From Acinetobacter phage SH-Ab 15599, in the sequence record MH517022.1: 64,000 nt of DNA, one strand, 5' to 3'. Below are positions 1 to 8,960 of the stretch, in pieces. The notes beneath the pieces are model-generated. The model was not told where the DNA came from. It saw only the letters and a program-made list of their open reading frames with translations, and did no database searches. Each line of letters opens with the position of its first letter. The first letter of the stretch is position 1. Position numbers and translations under genes: made by a program.

Positions 1-109
<109 letters not shown>

Positions 110-396
110 CGCAAGGAGTATCAAACCTGCAGGGACTTCGGAGAAGTAGAACAAATTGTGCGGCAAAGCATTTTGTTCATTTAGAGTTCTGTTAGGCTCT
201 AAATCTTCTCAGAACAACAATAACACTCTTAACCAAAATGCTATTGCCTAACGCTCATGAATACTAATATAATGAGTTCAGTATAAAAAGTCTAATTGGA
301 AAAACCGTTCCTAATAATTTATTTTTCCAATGCTGATATTTTTACTGTAACTATTGGATAACATTAAAATAAATTAAATTATTTTTATTTTACCCC

Positions 397-425
397 TTTA
401 CTTCAGAATTGAACTACATTATAAC
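397..425 (+). promoter_or_regulatory. Sigma70-like early promoter (TTTACT-N17-TATAAC) pointing into the ORF-free region
   Basis: tttact at 397-402, 17-nt spacer, tataac at 420-425. Same architecture as seven other promoters in the window. Confidence 0.5.
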
Positions 426-1058
426 TATCGGGCTGGTGCGTCTTTAACCATGTTTGACAAATCCAGTCCGTATGCGGCAACTGATGAAGAATCAGTACAG
501 TATACTGAATCGAAACAGGAAAGTGAAACCTGTTTGTCACGCTCTCCATCTTATGATGCGCAGTGTGATTGGCGCCAAAATTGAATCGAGCCAGATTATA
601 GGAGACACTTGATACAAAGCTTCTTATTGAAGTGATTTCATTGGTACATCTAGGTCTATAGACCCAATCATCAAATCCAATGATCTTATTGTACTTGTGA
701 CTGTGGAACGTTATGAAACCTATTTGATTGATAATATCTTAGAAATCTGTTTCAAGTTGATCATTTAGTTATTCCTTGGCGTTTAAAAATAATGAAGGAA
801 TAAGGTAGCGTTTATTGAATGTTTATTTCAATAAGGGTTCCGACAGATTGAGTTGTTTTCATTCTGTTGGTTGAGGGCTTCTCAATCTAAGATGACAGAT
901 GAAGTTGATTTTGAAACCTAAGAAATTTCAGATTCAAATTAATCTTGAGAGAGCTAACCGTAAGGTTAAAAGAATTGAGTATCAGCATTTCCAGATTGGA
1001 GATGTCCAATTAACAGATTGGGGCTGTTTAAGTTTTGATTCTCTTGTAAATTACAGAT

Positions 1059-1085
1059 ATCAGATTAATTTCTGATTTATTTTTA
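1059..1085 (+). terminator. Rho-independent terminator-like hairpin (atcaga-ttaatt-tctgat plus T run)
   Basis: 6-bp stem with a 6-nt loop followed by ttattttta. Confidence 0.4.
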
Positions 1086-1169
1086 AATGTAATAACGAGA
1101 GATATTGAATGATGAAACGGTTTGAGAAAAATGGGGAGGTATACCCGTAATTCACACCCCCAGGGGTCA

Positions 1170-1191
1170 ATGCGAGGGCGAAGCCCGAGTA
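1170..1191 (+). repeat. Left copy of the atgcgagggcgaagcccgagta motif (inverted copy at 63897-63918)
   Basis: 22-nt match with one mismatch to the reverse complement of 63897-63918. Confidence 0.7.
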
Positions 1192-1386
1192 TTGACACAT
1201 CGCGAGAAGAAAAAGAAAGCAAAGTAAAAACTACCCTGAAAATCAATCTGCTAAATAATAGTGAAGGGTAGAACGTAGTGAAGATCAATAAACTCACTGC
1301 TGAAATCTATTAAAAATGTAAATAAAGAGTGTTGTTTTTAATTCACTACGTTTTACCCTGTCTCCTCCAATACAATAATAAGTGTT

Positions 1387-1405
1387 CCACACGGTAGGCT
1401 GAGAG
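1387..1405 (+). repeat. ccacacggtaggctgagag motif, copy 1
   Basis: Identical 19-mer at 20383-20401. Near-identical at 35414-35431. Inverted variant at 63851-63869. Confidence 0.8.
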
Positions 1406-1617
1406 TCAAAAATAACACCCAAACTCTACTGTAAATTACAAGCCATAAAAACCCAAAATTAAGATATTATTGTTCATGAACAAAGTGCCCTAATAAAAAT
1501 ACAGAATTGATTTCTGACGTCTTGTTTTTCTTCCCTTATGATAGATTCCACTAAGATATATTCAGCCTTTATATTTCACGATAAAGGGTTATAATTGTTT
1601 CACTCGGAGAAAGACAG

Positions 1618-2310
1618 ATGTCTAAATCAATCACGCTATCTGCTAATACATTGGGTATTTTAAAGGTGGCATCTCAAATTAACAATGCAGTATTGTTCCG
1701 CGCTGGTAATGAAATTAAAGCAACAACAGAATCAGGTATCATCATTCTTCAAGCTACAATCGATGAAGAGTGGCCGCGTGACTTTGCCATTCTTGAGCTC
1801 AATCGTTTATTACAGGTACTGAACCAATCTGCTATGACTGGCGCAGCTCTTCATTTTGAAGACGGTAAAGAGTGTGTTGAAATCAAAGCATCTCGTTCAC
1901 GCGTGCGTTATAACTTCTCTGATATGGAAATGGTTACATCTGTAGACCGTACAATTGTAGTTGAACCTAATGACGTTAATCTCTCTTTTGATTTGAATGA
2001 ACAAACATTAAATGACGTTCGCAAAATGGCGGGTGTATTGGCCCATAGTCATTTACGCATCGAGTGTAAAGACAATACAATTAAACTGATCACTTATGAT
2101 CCAAAATTAGATGACCTGTCTAACGAATATACAACTGAAATTGAAGTTCCAGAAGGCGCTAATTTTGCTGATGGTACTTTCAACATCAAACTTGAAAACA
2201 TGATCTTGTTGCCTGGTTCTCATAAGGTTTCAATTTTTAAAGGCGTTGCTGCTGAATTTGCTCATCAAACTGTGAAAGCAAGTATTTTCATGGGTCTTGA
2301 AAAAATGTAA
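1618..2310 (+). CDS. 45: Sliding clamp (T4 gp45-like)
   Basis: 230 aa. N-terminal and C-terminal blocks align to T4 gp45 by eye. Sits immediately upstream of the gp44 homolog, as in T4. Confidence 0.8.
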   Translation: MSKSITLSANTLGILKVASQINNAVLFRAGNEIKATTESGIIILQATIDEEWPRDFAILELNRLLQVLNQSAMTGAALHFEDGKECVEIKASRSRVRYNFSDMEMVTSVDRTIVVEPNDVNLSFDLNEQTLNDVRKMAGVLAHSHLRIECKDNTIKLITYDPKLDDLSNEYTTEIEVPEGANFADGTFNIKLENMILLPGSHKVSIFKGVAAEFAHQTVKASIFMGLEKM

Positions 2311-2399
2311 TAATAGGGGGAGAATATCTCCCCTTGATTTTACCGACTCTTTACCGTAACATATTATCGTATTACTGAATACATTAAGGACAGATCCAA

Positions 2400-3371
2400 A
2401 TGTCAACTGCAACAATTCAAGCAACTGATCCAACTCACTTTTTGTGGGTCGAAAAATTCCGTCCAGACAACATTGAAGACACAATCTTGCCCCAAGATTT
2501 TAAAGCTTCATTAATGAAGGGTATACAAGAAAGCAAATTACCATCTTTCATTTTTTATTCTCCTTCTCCAGGCACTGGTAAAACTACAACTGCTTTAGCT
2601 GTAGCAAAGTCTGTTGGAAGCGTACTTTTCTTAAACGCATCAATTGATAACTCTATTGATACTATCCGTACTCGTATCACCCAATTTGCAACTACATCAT
2701 CTTTGAATTTTGACAAACCATTCAAAGTCGTAGTATTGGATGAGGCAGACCGTCTATCCCCTGCTGCTCAAGACGGTTTGAAAGCTCTTATTGAAGACGT
2801 TTCAAAGAACTGTTCATTCATCTTAACATGTAATAATAAAGCCAAACTGATTGATCCTTTACGTTCTCGTTGTTCTGAAGTGGACTTCATTTATAGTAAA
2901 GCTCAGCAGCTTGAAGTATCTACATTGATGTTAAAGCGTTTGATTGATATCTTGGAAGCAGAAGGCGTTCCATATGACGTGAAAGCATTAGGTGCTCTAA
3001 CAAAAGCTGTGGCCCCAGACAACCGTAAGTTGTTGCATATTTCTCAAGAATATTTTAACCGTCATGGTAAAATTGATGAAGGCATTTTAGCCCTTCAAAA
3101 ATCTCGTGATGTGAAAACGTATATTGATTGTATCCGTAAAAAGAACTTTGACCCTATGGTTCAGTGGTGCGTAGACAACTCTGATTCAATTGGTGAAGAC
3201 ATTTACCGCTACATCTATGACGCATTGAAAGATGACCTTACAGATCAGTCTCGCGCTTCTCTCATCTTGACTTTGAACGATTACCAACGAGTTCATAATA
3301 CAGTTCCAGACCGTTTTGTACACTTCACTGCTATGTCTACTCAGGTTATGATTGATACAGTATTCAAATGA
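2400..3371 (+). CDS. 44: Clamp loader large subunit (T4 gp44-like, RFC or AAA+ family)
   Basis: WVEKFRP, the Walker A motif SPSPGTGKTT, DEAD-like VLDEADR and an SRC motif. Close match to the T4 gp44 N-terminus. Confidence 0.9.
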   Translation: MSTATIQATDPTHFLWVEKFRPDNIEDTILPQDFKASLMKGIQESKLPSFIFYSPSPGTGKTTTALAVAKSVGSVLFLNASIDNSIDTIRTRITQFATTSSLNFDKPFKVVVLDEADRLSPAAQDGLKALIEDVSKNCSFILTCNNKAKLIDPLRSRCSEVDFIYSKAQQLEVSTLMLKRLIDILEAEGVPYDVKALGALTKAVAPDNRKLLHISQEYFNRHGKIDEGILALQKSRDVKTYIDCIRKKNFDPMVQWCVDNSDSIGEDIYRYIYDALKDDLTDQSRASLILTLNDYQRVHNTVPDRFVHFTAMSTQVMIDTVFK

Positions 3372-3485
3372 GTGGGACTTGGTTTAAATGCGACAGTTGC
3401 ACATTGATTGTTGCATATTATCAACTGAAAGAGGAGTTGTGTCCATATTGCAACTCCTCCGTTACTGATATCGATGAGGTACAAG

Positions 3486-3920
3486 ATGACAGAAGCAAAT
3501 CAACAAGCGCCGAAGAAGTACGGGATGTTTGATGTATTGAATAATATCAACAGCACTAAAGACCGTTCTTTGATGAATGAGCATACATATCGTGCAGCTT
3601 GTTCGCCGTTCTCTATAAACAGAGCTTTGATGCAGAACCCTAGAACAATTATGATTGCCCATGTTGCTAATCGCAATTGTCTTATTGATCCAGAAATGTA
3701 TCATGAGTATATGGTTTCAGCAATTCCAAAAAATAATTCCCGCGTGAAATGGAAAAAACGCGAAGATAAATCTGAACATTTACCTCTTATTATGGGTTAT
3801 TACAAGGTAAATGAGAAAGTTGCTTTGGATTATTTGAAAATCTTGACTAATGATCAAATTAAGGTTATAATTAAGAAAACTGAACGAGGCGGCAGAGTAG
3901 GTCGTGGAAAAAATGAATAG
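3486..3920 (+). CDS. 62: Clamp loader small subunit (gp62-like)
   Basis: YMVSAIPKNNSRVKW matches the T4 gp62 block YLMAAVPRGKRYGKW. Position follows gene 44. Start chosen at the ATG preceded by gagg. Confidence 0.6.
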   Translation: MTEANQQAPKKYGMFDVLNNINSTKDRSLMNEHTYRAACSPFSINRALMQNPRTIMIAHVANRNCLIDPEMYHEYMVSAIPKNNSRVKWKKREDKSEHLPLIMGYYKVNEKVALDYLKILTNDQIKVIIKKTERGGRVGRGKNE

Positions 3921-4389
3921 CTTGTCACAAATTTTAACAAAACTTCCGTTGGGCGAATCGATTCTTGATTACTGTATCGAGATCACTCCTGTAGTTGCAG
4001 CTGACGGGCGTTTCAACTCTTTCAATTCAATTCGAGAGACATTGAAGCGTATTGGGGTTGTATCTAAATCTGACGACAAAGTATTGACCCAATCTTGCCA
4101 TATCTTCTTACACAACGGCAAATATTACATCATGCATTTTATGATGATGTTTATGTTTAATGGTTCTCCTTCAAAAATTACTTTGCGGGATATCAAGCGT
4201 ACTGTAATCGTAGCCAAATTACTTCAGAAATGGGGTTTGGCTACGATTAAGAATCTAGATGTCATTGACGTTGAAACGACTGATAATGAATTAGAAGGTT
4301 TACGCGTTATCAAATATAAAGACGCCAACCAATGGTATTTCAAAAGTCTTTATAAGATGAAAAAGGAAACGCCGAATGGAAATGTATGA
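3913..4389 (+). CDS. regA: RegA translational repressor homolog
   Basis: DKVLTQSCHIFLHNGKYYIMHF matches T4 RegA DKVLYQSCHILQKKGLYYIVHF. The order 45-44-62-regA is conserved with T4. Confidence 0.65.
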   Translation: MNSLSQILTKLPLGESILDYCIEITPVVAADGRFNSFNSIRETLKRIGVVSKSDDKVLTQSCHIFLHNGKYYIMHFMMMFMFNGSPSKITLRDIKRTVIVAKLLQKWGLATIKNLDVIDVETTDNELEGLRVIKYKDANQWYFKSLYKMKKETPNGNV

Positions 4390-5251
4390 TCTAACGCTAC
4401 CCCGTTGGTTGAACTATTGTAAAGCAATGGTTGAAGTGAAAGATGTTGATCCAGTATATGACGGTTTGACAGGCGCGAAAGAAGAAATTGGACATGAACA
4501 ACTCTGTAACTTCTTAGTCTCATTCTCATTGTTTTATTCAATGGAAGAAAGTTGTAAAATTGTCTCAAATAAAATTCCAACTGTATTGATGTGGGATTTT
4601 ATGATTGAACATTACAAATATATGAAGCGCGGTAAAGCTAGACGATATTTCCGTGGCCAGGCTGGTTTGGATTGTCTTCATTATTTGAAAACTCATTTTG
4701 TAAGCCCTGTTCAATTCGTAGAATTAATGTATGCCCCTGACTATAAGGGTATCATGAGAAATTTTGAACCAGTACCTGCTTTCGGGGGTTATCACACTTG
4801 GAAGTGGTTAGATTTCTATGAACGCGTATTAGGTAAACCAGTTGAGCTTGATTATGAGTTGGGTGCAAAGGTTCTTCCGTCTGAACCAACCAAAGGCGCA
4901 AGACTCGTTCATTTAGAAATGTGTCCTCACAAACCGTTTGATTTAGAATCTATTCTGCGTTACATGGTTAATGAATGTAGAGAGCTTGGGCTCAAAGCTC
5001 CTCCATATGACGGGCGTTTAGTCGGTATTCAAGAAATTGAAACTATGCTTTGTGGTATTGTTCACATGTATAAAGGTAAGCATGTTGATTATATCGGTAA
5101 AGATGTAGCAGAGAAATATCTTGATGTTGAACGCATTGGGGAAGCTGATAATGATTGGTTATTGAAACATATGCCTCAGCCTATGTCGAAAGAACTAACA
5201 TTCACCGATCCATATTTCAATAATACTTTTTCTTTAATGGATATTTTATAA
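4376..5251 (+). CDS. Hypothetical protein, 291 aa
   Basis: Long ORF with an RBS (aagga) 8 nt upstream of the ATG. No recognisable motif. Confidence 0.5.
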   Translation: MEMYDLTLPRWLNYCKAMVEVKDVDPVYDGLTGAKEEIGHEQLCNFLVSFSLFYSMEESCKIVSNKIPTVLMWDFMIEHYKYMKRGKARRYFRGQAGLDCLHYLKTHFVSPVQFVELMYAPDYKGIMRNFEPVPAFGGYHTWKWLDFYERVLGKPVELDYELGAKVLPSEPTKGARLVHLEMCPHKPFDLESILRYMVNECRELGLKAPPYDGRLVGIQEIETMLCGIVHMYKGKHVDYIGKDVAEKYLDVERIGEADNDWLLKHMPQPMSKELTFTDPYFNNTFSLMDIL

Positions 5252-5313
5252 CCCATTAAAACAATAGCTTAACAAGGGAAGTAAAATATTTTTAAAAATA
5301 TTTTGAAAACCAC

Positions 5314-5342
5314 TTTACTTCCTACGTTAAAAAGTTAATAAT
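5314..5342 (+). promoter_or_regulatory. Early promoter ccacTTTACT-N17-aataat
   Basis: Matches the recurring promoter architecture. Followed by a leader containing ctcatcggagta before the ATG at 5419. Confidence 0.5.
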
Positions 5343-5418
5343 AGCTTTCATACAGGCTGAGATTGAAAATAAAGAAAATCTAGTCTGAACTTTACTAACA
5401 CTCATCGGAGTATCAGAA

Positions 5419-6099
5419 ATGACTACAGTTACAATCAAAAACGTACAAACTAACGCTTCTGTTGAAATCAATGTTGAAGATGTAAAATTAGCGGCTAAAC
5501 AATTACGTGAAGCAGGTCACTCTATCACTGCAGCTACAATCAACCGTATCTTGGAAACTGAAAAATCATCTGCTGGTTGGACAATCATCAAAGATGGTAA
5601 ACAATTCCCTTGGTCTGAGCGTGATGTTAAAAAATTCAAAATTACTGAAGAAGTTCAACCTACATTTGAGAACCTTTCTCATATCGTTGCAGAACAAGCT
5701 CCTGAAGTTGTTACTGAAGCAGTAGCAGAAGTGGCAGAACAAATTATCGAAGCTGAATATAGCAATGACCCAGACGATTTAACAGCTGATAATGTTAAAT
5801 GGTTAAAACGCAACGCGAAAGGTCCACAAGAGCTAGGCAAAGTGCGTAAAAACTCTAAAGTTTGGGAAATCATTGTATTACTCAAGAAAGAGCGTTTGAC
5901 TCTTAAACAAATCCAAGAAAAATTGTATGAAGTTGGTTTGGATGAAGATCAAATTGACGACTACAAAGTGACTCAAGCATTCTATGACGTAATGTGGAAA
6001 GGTTACAACATTGCTAAGATTGCGGTTGAAGGTGGAGAACCTGTATATGCTATCCGTCACCTTGACTTCACTAAAGTTACAGACATCCTTGTATATTAA
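5419..6099 (+). CDS. Hypothetical protein, 226 aa
   Basis: ORF with RBS ggag. An acidic central region. No recognised motif. Confidence 0.5.
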   Translation: MTTVTIKNVQTNASVEINVEDVKLAAKQLREAGHSITAATINRILETEKSSAGWTIIKDGKQFPWSERDVKKFKITEEVQPTFENLSHIVAEQAPEVVTEAVAEVAEQIIEAEYSNDPDDLTADNVKWLKRNAKGPQELGKVRKNSKVWEIIVLLKKERLTLKQIQEKLYEVGLDEDQIDDYKVTQAFYDVMWKGYNIAKIAVEGGEPVYAIRHLDFTKVTDILVY

Positions 6100-6108
6100 T
6101 AAATGAAA

Positions 6109-6131
6109 GGCGGGAATCCCCGCCTATTTCC
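6109..6131 (+). terminator. Rho-independent terminator (ggcggg-aatc-cccgcc plus tatttcc)
   Basis: GC-rich 6-bp hairpin followed by a T-rich tract. Confidence 0.6.
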
Positions 6132-6152
6132 ACAAATCAAGTGAGTATCAAC

Positions 6153-6500
6153 ATGTATACATTGACCCAACCTCAAATTGCTATGTTACTTGTAGCTGTT
6201 ATTGTTATTTGTTTCATCTTAATCGAGATCATGCGTCTCAAAGAAATGAAACAACAGAAGTTACGCGCTGAATATTTCGCATACCGCGCTCTTTTAGACT
6301 ACTTTGCTCCTTTCAACATTCGCATGATTGAAGTCTCGGAAGGGAAGTACAATTGCGTTCAGTTCTCAAAGAATGGAAAGCCAGTGTTTGATATTCTTTC
6401 TCATAAGGGTTCTGTAGTTTGTTCAAAGGTGGAAGACACTAAAAAGAAACAAGCGTTCAGTGCAACTCAATTAGCTGAAATGTATAAGGTTGAATTCTGA
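6153..6500 (+). CDS. Small membrane protein (N-terminal TM helix)
   Basis: Hydrophobic stretch IAMLLVAVIVICFILIEI near the N-terminus. Confidence 0.4.
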   Translation: MYTLTQPQIAMLLVAVIVICFILIEIMRLKEMKQQKLRAEYFAYRALLDYFAPFNIRMIEVSEGKYNCVQFSKNGKPVFDILSHKGSVVCSKVEDTKKKQAFSATQLAEMYKVEF

Positions 6501-6676
6501 TGCCAAATGTAAAATGCCCGCACTGCGATGAAGAAAACGATAGCGTTGACGTTTCTTTGAATGATGGATTCTGCGCGGAATGTGACAATGAGATCGAAGG
6601 GATCGAGTGTTACCAATGCGGTCATCTGAATATCAACGACGAAGCTAATTGCTCTCAATGCGATTATCCTTTATAA
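6500..6676 (+). CDS. 58-aa zinc-ribbon protein with four CxxC motifs (not in the ORF track because it is under 60 aa)
   Basis: Translated by eye as MPNVKCPHCDEENDSVDVSLNDGFCAECDNEIEGIECYQCGHLNINDEANCSQCDYPL. ATGA overlap with the upstream stop. Confidence 0.45.
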   Translation: MPNVKCPHCDEENDSVDVSLNDGFCAECDNEIEGIECYQCGHLNINDEANCSQCDYPL

Positions 6677-6702
6677 TCCCACAATTATTTTCTGATGCCC
6701 AC

Positions 6703-6731
6703 TTTACTTTCTAGTGATTTGGGCATATAAT
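6703..6731 (+). promoter_or_regulatory. Early promoter cccacTTTACT-N17-TATAAT
   Basis: Perfect -10, 17-nt spacer. Leader tcgctcatcggagta sits 10 nt before the ATG at 6772. Confidence 0.55.
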
Positions 6732-6771
6732 TACTTCACTAAATTCATTATCGCTCATCGGAGTAATTAAA

Positions 6772-7821
6772 ATGACAATCCACGCCTTTATCAATTCTGC
6801 TTTATATCGCAATTCTGAAATCTCTGGTCAATATGTTGTTTTTGGTAAAGAACCAAAGGACAAGGAATGTAAACGAGACTTTTATTTGAAATTGCGTCAT
6901 CCAGATACTGGTAAAGAGTTTGGCGTTCACATTTATGCTAAAGATGTCATTTTTAAAGATGAGAATGCCAACATTGTACATTTAGCTAATGGGCGAGTGA
7001 AGTCTTCCTCAGCTTCTGATTCTCAACCATCAACTGTTGTAACTCAAGAACCTGAGTTGACGGATGAAGAGTTGGATCGTATCATTTACAAACGTTTTCA
7101 AATTATGAGCCAATTGAGCGATTCTCTCATTCTAGGTCATACCAAAGCGTTGATTATTTCAGGAGCTCCTGGTATCTCTAAAACATTCACTCTTGAACAA
7201 AAATTGGATGATGCTTTGGAGTCTGGAGTAATTGAATCATTTGAACATCTCAAGGGGCGTGTTACACCTCTTCAGTTGTTTGTGAAACTTTATGAAAATA
7301 AAGACCCAGGCCACATTCTTTTGATTGATGACGTTAATCTATGGGGAGAAGAGAACTCAATTGAATTATTGAAGGCAGCTCTTGATACGGGTTCAAAACG
7401 TAGTGTAACTTGGGCGTCAACCGCGTCTTGGTTAAAGGAACAGAAGATACCAGAATCATTTGAATATGAAGGTTCTGTTTGTTTTATCACAAACGTTGAT
7501 TTTGACCGAGCAATAGCTCGCAATACATCTGCATCTGTTCACTTGAAAGCTCTTATCTCAAGAGCAAACTATCTTGATTTGAAAGTACACTCAAACAAAG
7601 AGATTCTTATCAGAGTGAAACAAATTGTGCGCGACTCATCTATTCTACAGTCAAATGGATTGTCTGAGGCGGACGGTAAAGAAATGTTACAATGGATGGA
7701 AGATAACATCGAGAAACTACGCGAGTTGTCTCTCCGCACGGTATTGAAGATAGCATCGTATATGAATACAAACCGTACAGATTGGACTGAAATTGCCGAA
7801 GTAATGCTGTTGAAAAAGTAA
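6772..7821 (+). CDS. AAA+ or P-loop ATPase
   Basis: Walker A motif GAPGISKT and Walker B motif ILLIDD. N-terminal roughly 110 aa of unknown function. Confidence 0.6.
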   Translation: MTIHAFINSALYRNSEISGQYVVFGKEPKDKECKRDFYLKLRHPDTGKEFGVHIYAKDVIFKDENANIVHLANGRVKSSSASDSQPSTVVTQEPELTDEELDRIIYKRFQIMSQLSDSLILGHTKALIISGAPGISKTFTLEQKLDDALESGVIESFEHLKGRVTPLQLFVKLYENKDPGHILLIDDVNLWGEENSIELLKAALDTGSKRSVTWASTASWLKEQKIPESFEYEGSVCFITNVDFDRAIARNTSASVHLKALISRANYLDLKVHSNKEILIRVKQIVRDSSILQSNGLSEADGKEMLQWMEDNIEKLRELSLRTVLKIASYMNTNRTDWTEIAEVMLLKK

Positions 7822-7884
7822 TAAACTGTAATATGAGGGTATAATATACCCTCTCTAATCAATATCTCCTAATGAGGAATTAAA

Positions 7885-8577
7885 ATGCATACATTTTGTA
7901 AGAACCGCAACGAACAACCAAAAACAACTGCAGTGTCATCTGTAATGAGCGGTTTGTTTGAATTTTGTGAAGCTATGGACAGCCGTAACCCTCCATCTGA
8001 GTTCATTATCAAAGACCGCAATATTGAATTGTTTCATTACAATGCGAAAATTGGTGTTACCAGAACAGCTGCTACTCAACATGAAGAAATTAAGGGAGAT
8101 GTTTTCACTACAACAGACCAATTGATTATTCACGGTACAAACTGTCTAGGGGTAATGGGGGCTGGGTTCGCTAATGTAGTAAAATATCGTTATCCAGATG
8201 TATATGATGAATATCAATTACATTGTCGCAAGAACATGTCTTTTGTTATTTTGGGTACAGTTCAATTTGTGAAATCTGAATGCATGGACAAGAAGATAAT
8301 TGGCAATGTCTTTACTCAAGAGAGTGTAGCAGGTCGAGTTGCTGGTCGCCCTTTCAAGTACAGAGCATTCATGTTAGCTATGGCAGATGTAGTGAAATAT
8401 TGCAAAGCAAATGGTCTCACTTCTTTTTCAATGCCTCGTATTGGATCTGATCTAGGGGGAGGAGACTGGGAGGTCATTAAACATATCCTTTGGTTCATGT
8501 TCCATAATACAGGGATTAAACCAAATGTATATGTTCTAGAGCGCCCTGCATTTGGTATGTTCAAAGGGGATAAATGA
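7885..8577 (+). CDS. Macro-domain protein (ADP-ribose binding or processing)
   Basis: IIHGTNCLGVMGAGFANVV matches the macro signature (VNAAN...GGGGV..AI). A second glycine-rich block FSMPRIGSDLGGGDWEV is present. True start probably at an internal Met. Confidence 0.6.
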   Translation: MHTFCKNRNEQPKTTAVSSVMSGLFEFCEAMDSRNPPSEFIIKDRNIELFHYNAKIGVTRTAATQHEEIKGDVFTTTDQLIIHGTNCLGVMGAGFANVVKYRYPDVYDEYQLHCRKNMSFVILGTVQFVKSECMDKKIIGNVFTQESVAGRVAGRPFKYRAFMLAMADVVKYCKANGLTSFSMPRIGSDLGGGDWEVIKHILWFMFHNTGIKPNVYVLERPAFGMFKGDK

Positions 8578-8924
8578 TGAACGCTGGATTCTATATGATG
8601 TGTCCATCTTTCCCTATGGTTCAGAGTATTGTACCCGAAGACTTTGCTATCGATAGCCAAATCTCTTACGGGATGCTATATGTAAGACAATACAACGGCG
8701 CTAAAATCAGCATGTTCCGGAAGAAAGATACAACCAGAGGTCAATGCGTCTCTGGAGTGAACGTTGATCTTTTCTTCGGGGAAGTGACCTACAACTGGGC
8801 TTTGAAAGATGTAAATGGACATACATATATCAACTCTGGTGAAAAACATAAGACTGATATTAATCTGAAGAATGTTTGGCTTTATGAAGATATAACCCAA
8901 TTACAACGAGACATTCTCAAATAA
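8574..8924 (+). CDS. Hypothetical protein, 116 aa
   Basis: ORF with ATGA overlap to the upstream gene. Confidence 0.4.
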   Translation: MMNAGFYMMCPSFPMVQSIVPEDFAIDSQISYGMLYVRQYNGAKISMFRKKDTTRGQCVSGVNVDLFFGEVTYNWALKDVNGHTYINSGEKHKTDINLKNVWLYEDITQLQRDILK

Positions 8925-8960
8925 AATTGGATAATTATTTCATTTAATGGTTGATATAAA

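Noticed and set aside
653-664. Perfect 12-bp palindrome ggtctatagacc as a discrete regulatory site
   Set aside because: A single occurrence with no accompanying repeats. Mentioned only as part of the ncRNA-region finding.
1028-1297. 89-aa minus-strand ORF in the leader region
   Set aside because: Low-complexity, hydrophobic translation with no RBS and no promoter. It overlaps the repeated motif copy and is most likely a chance ORF in AT-rich DNA.
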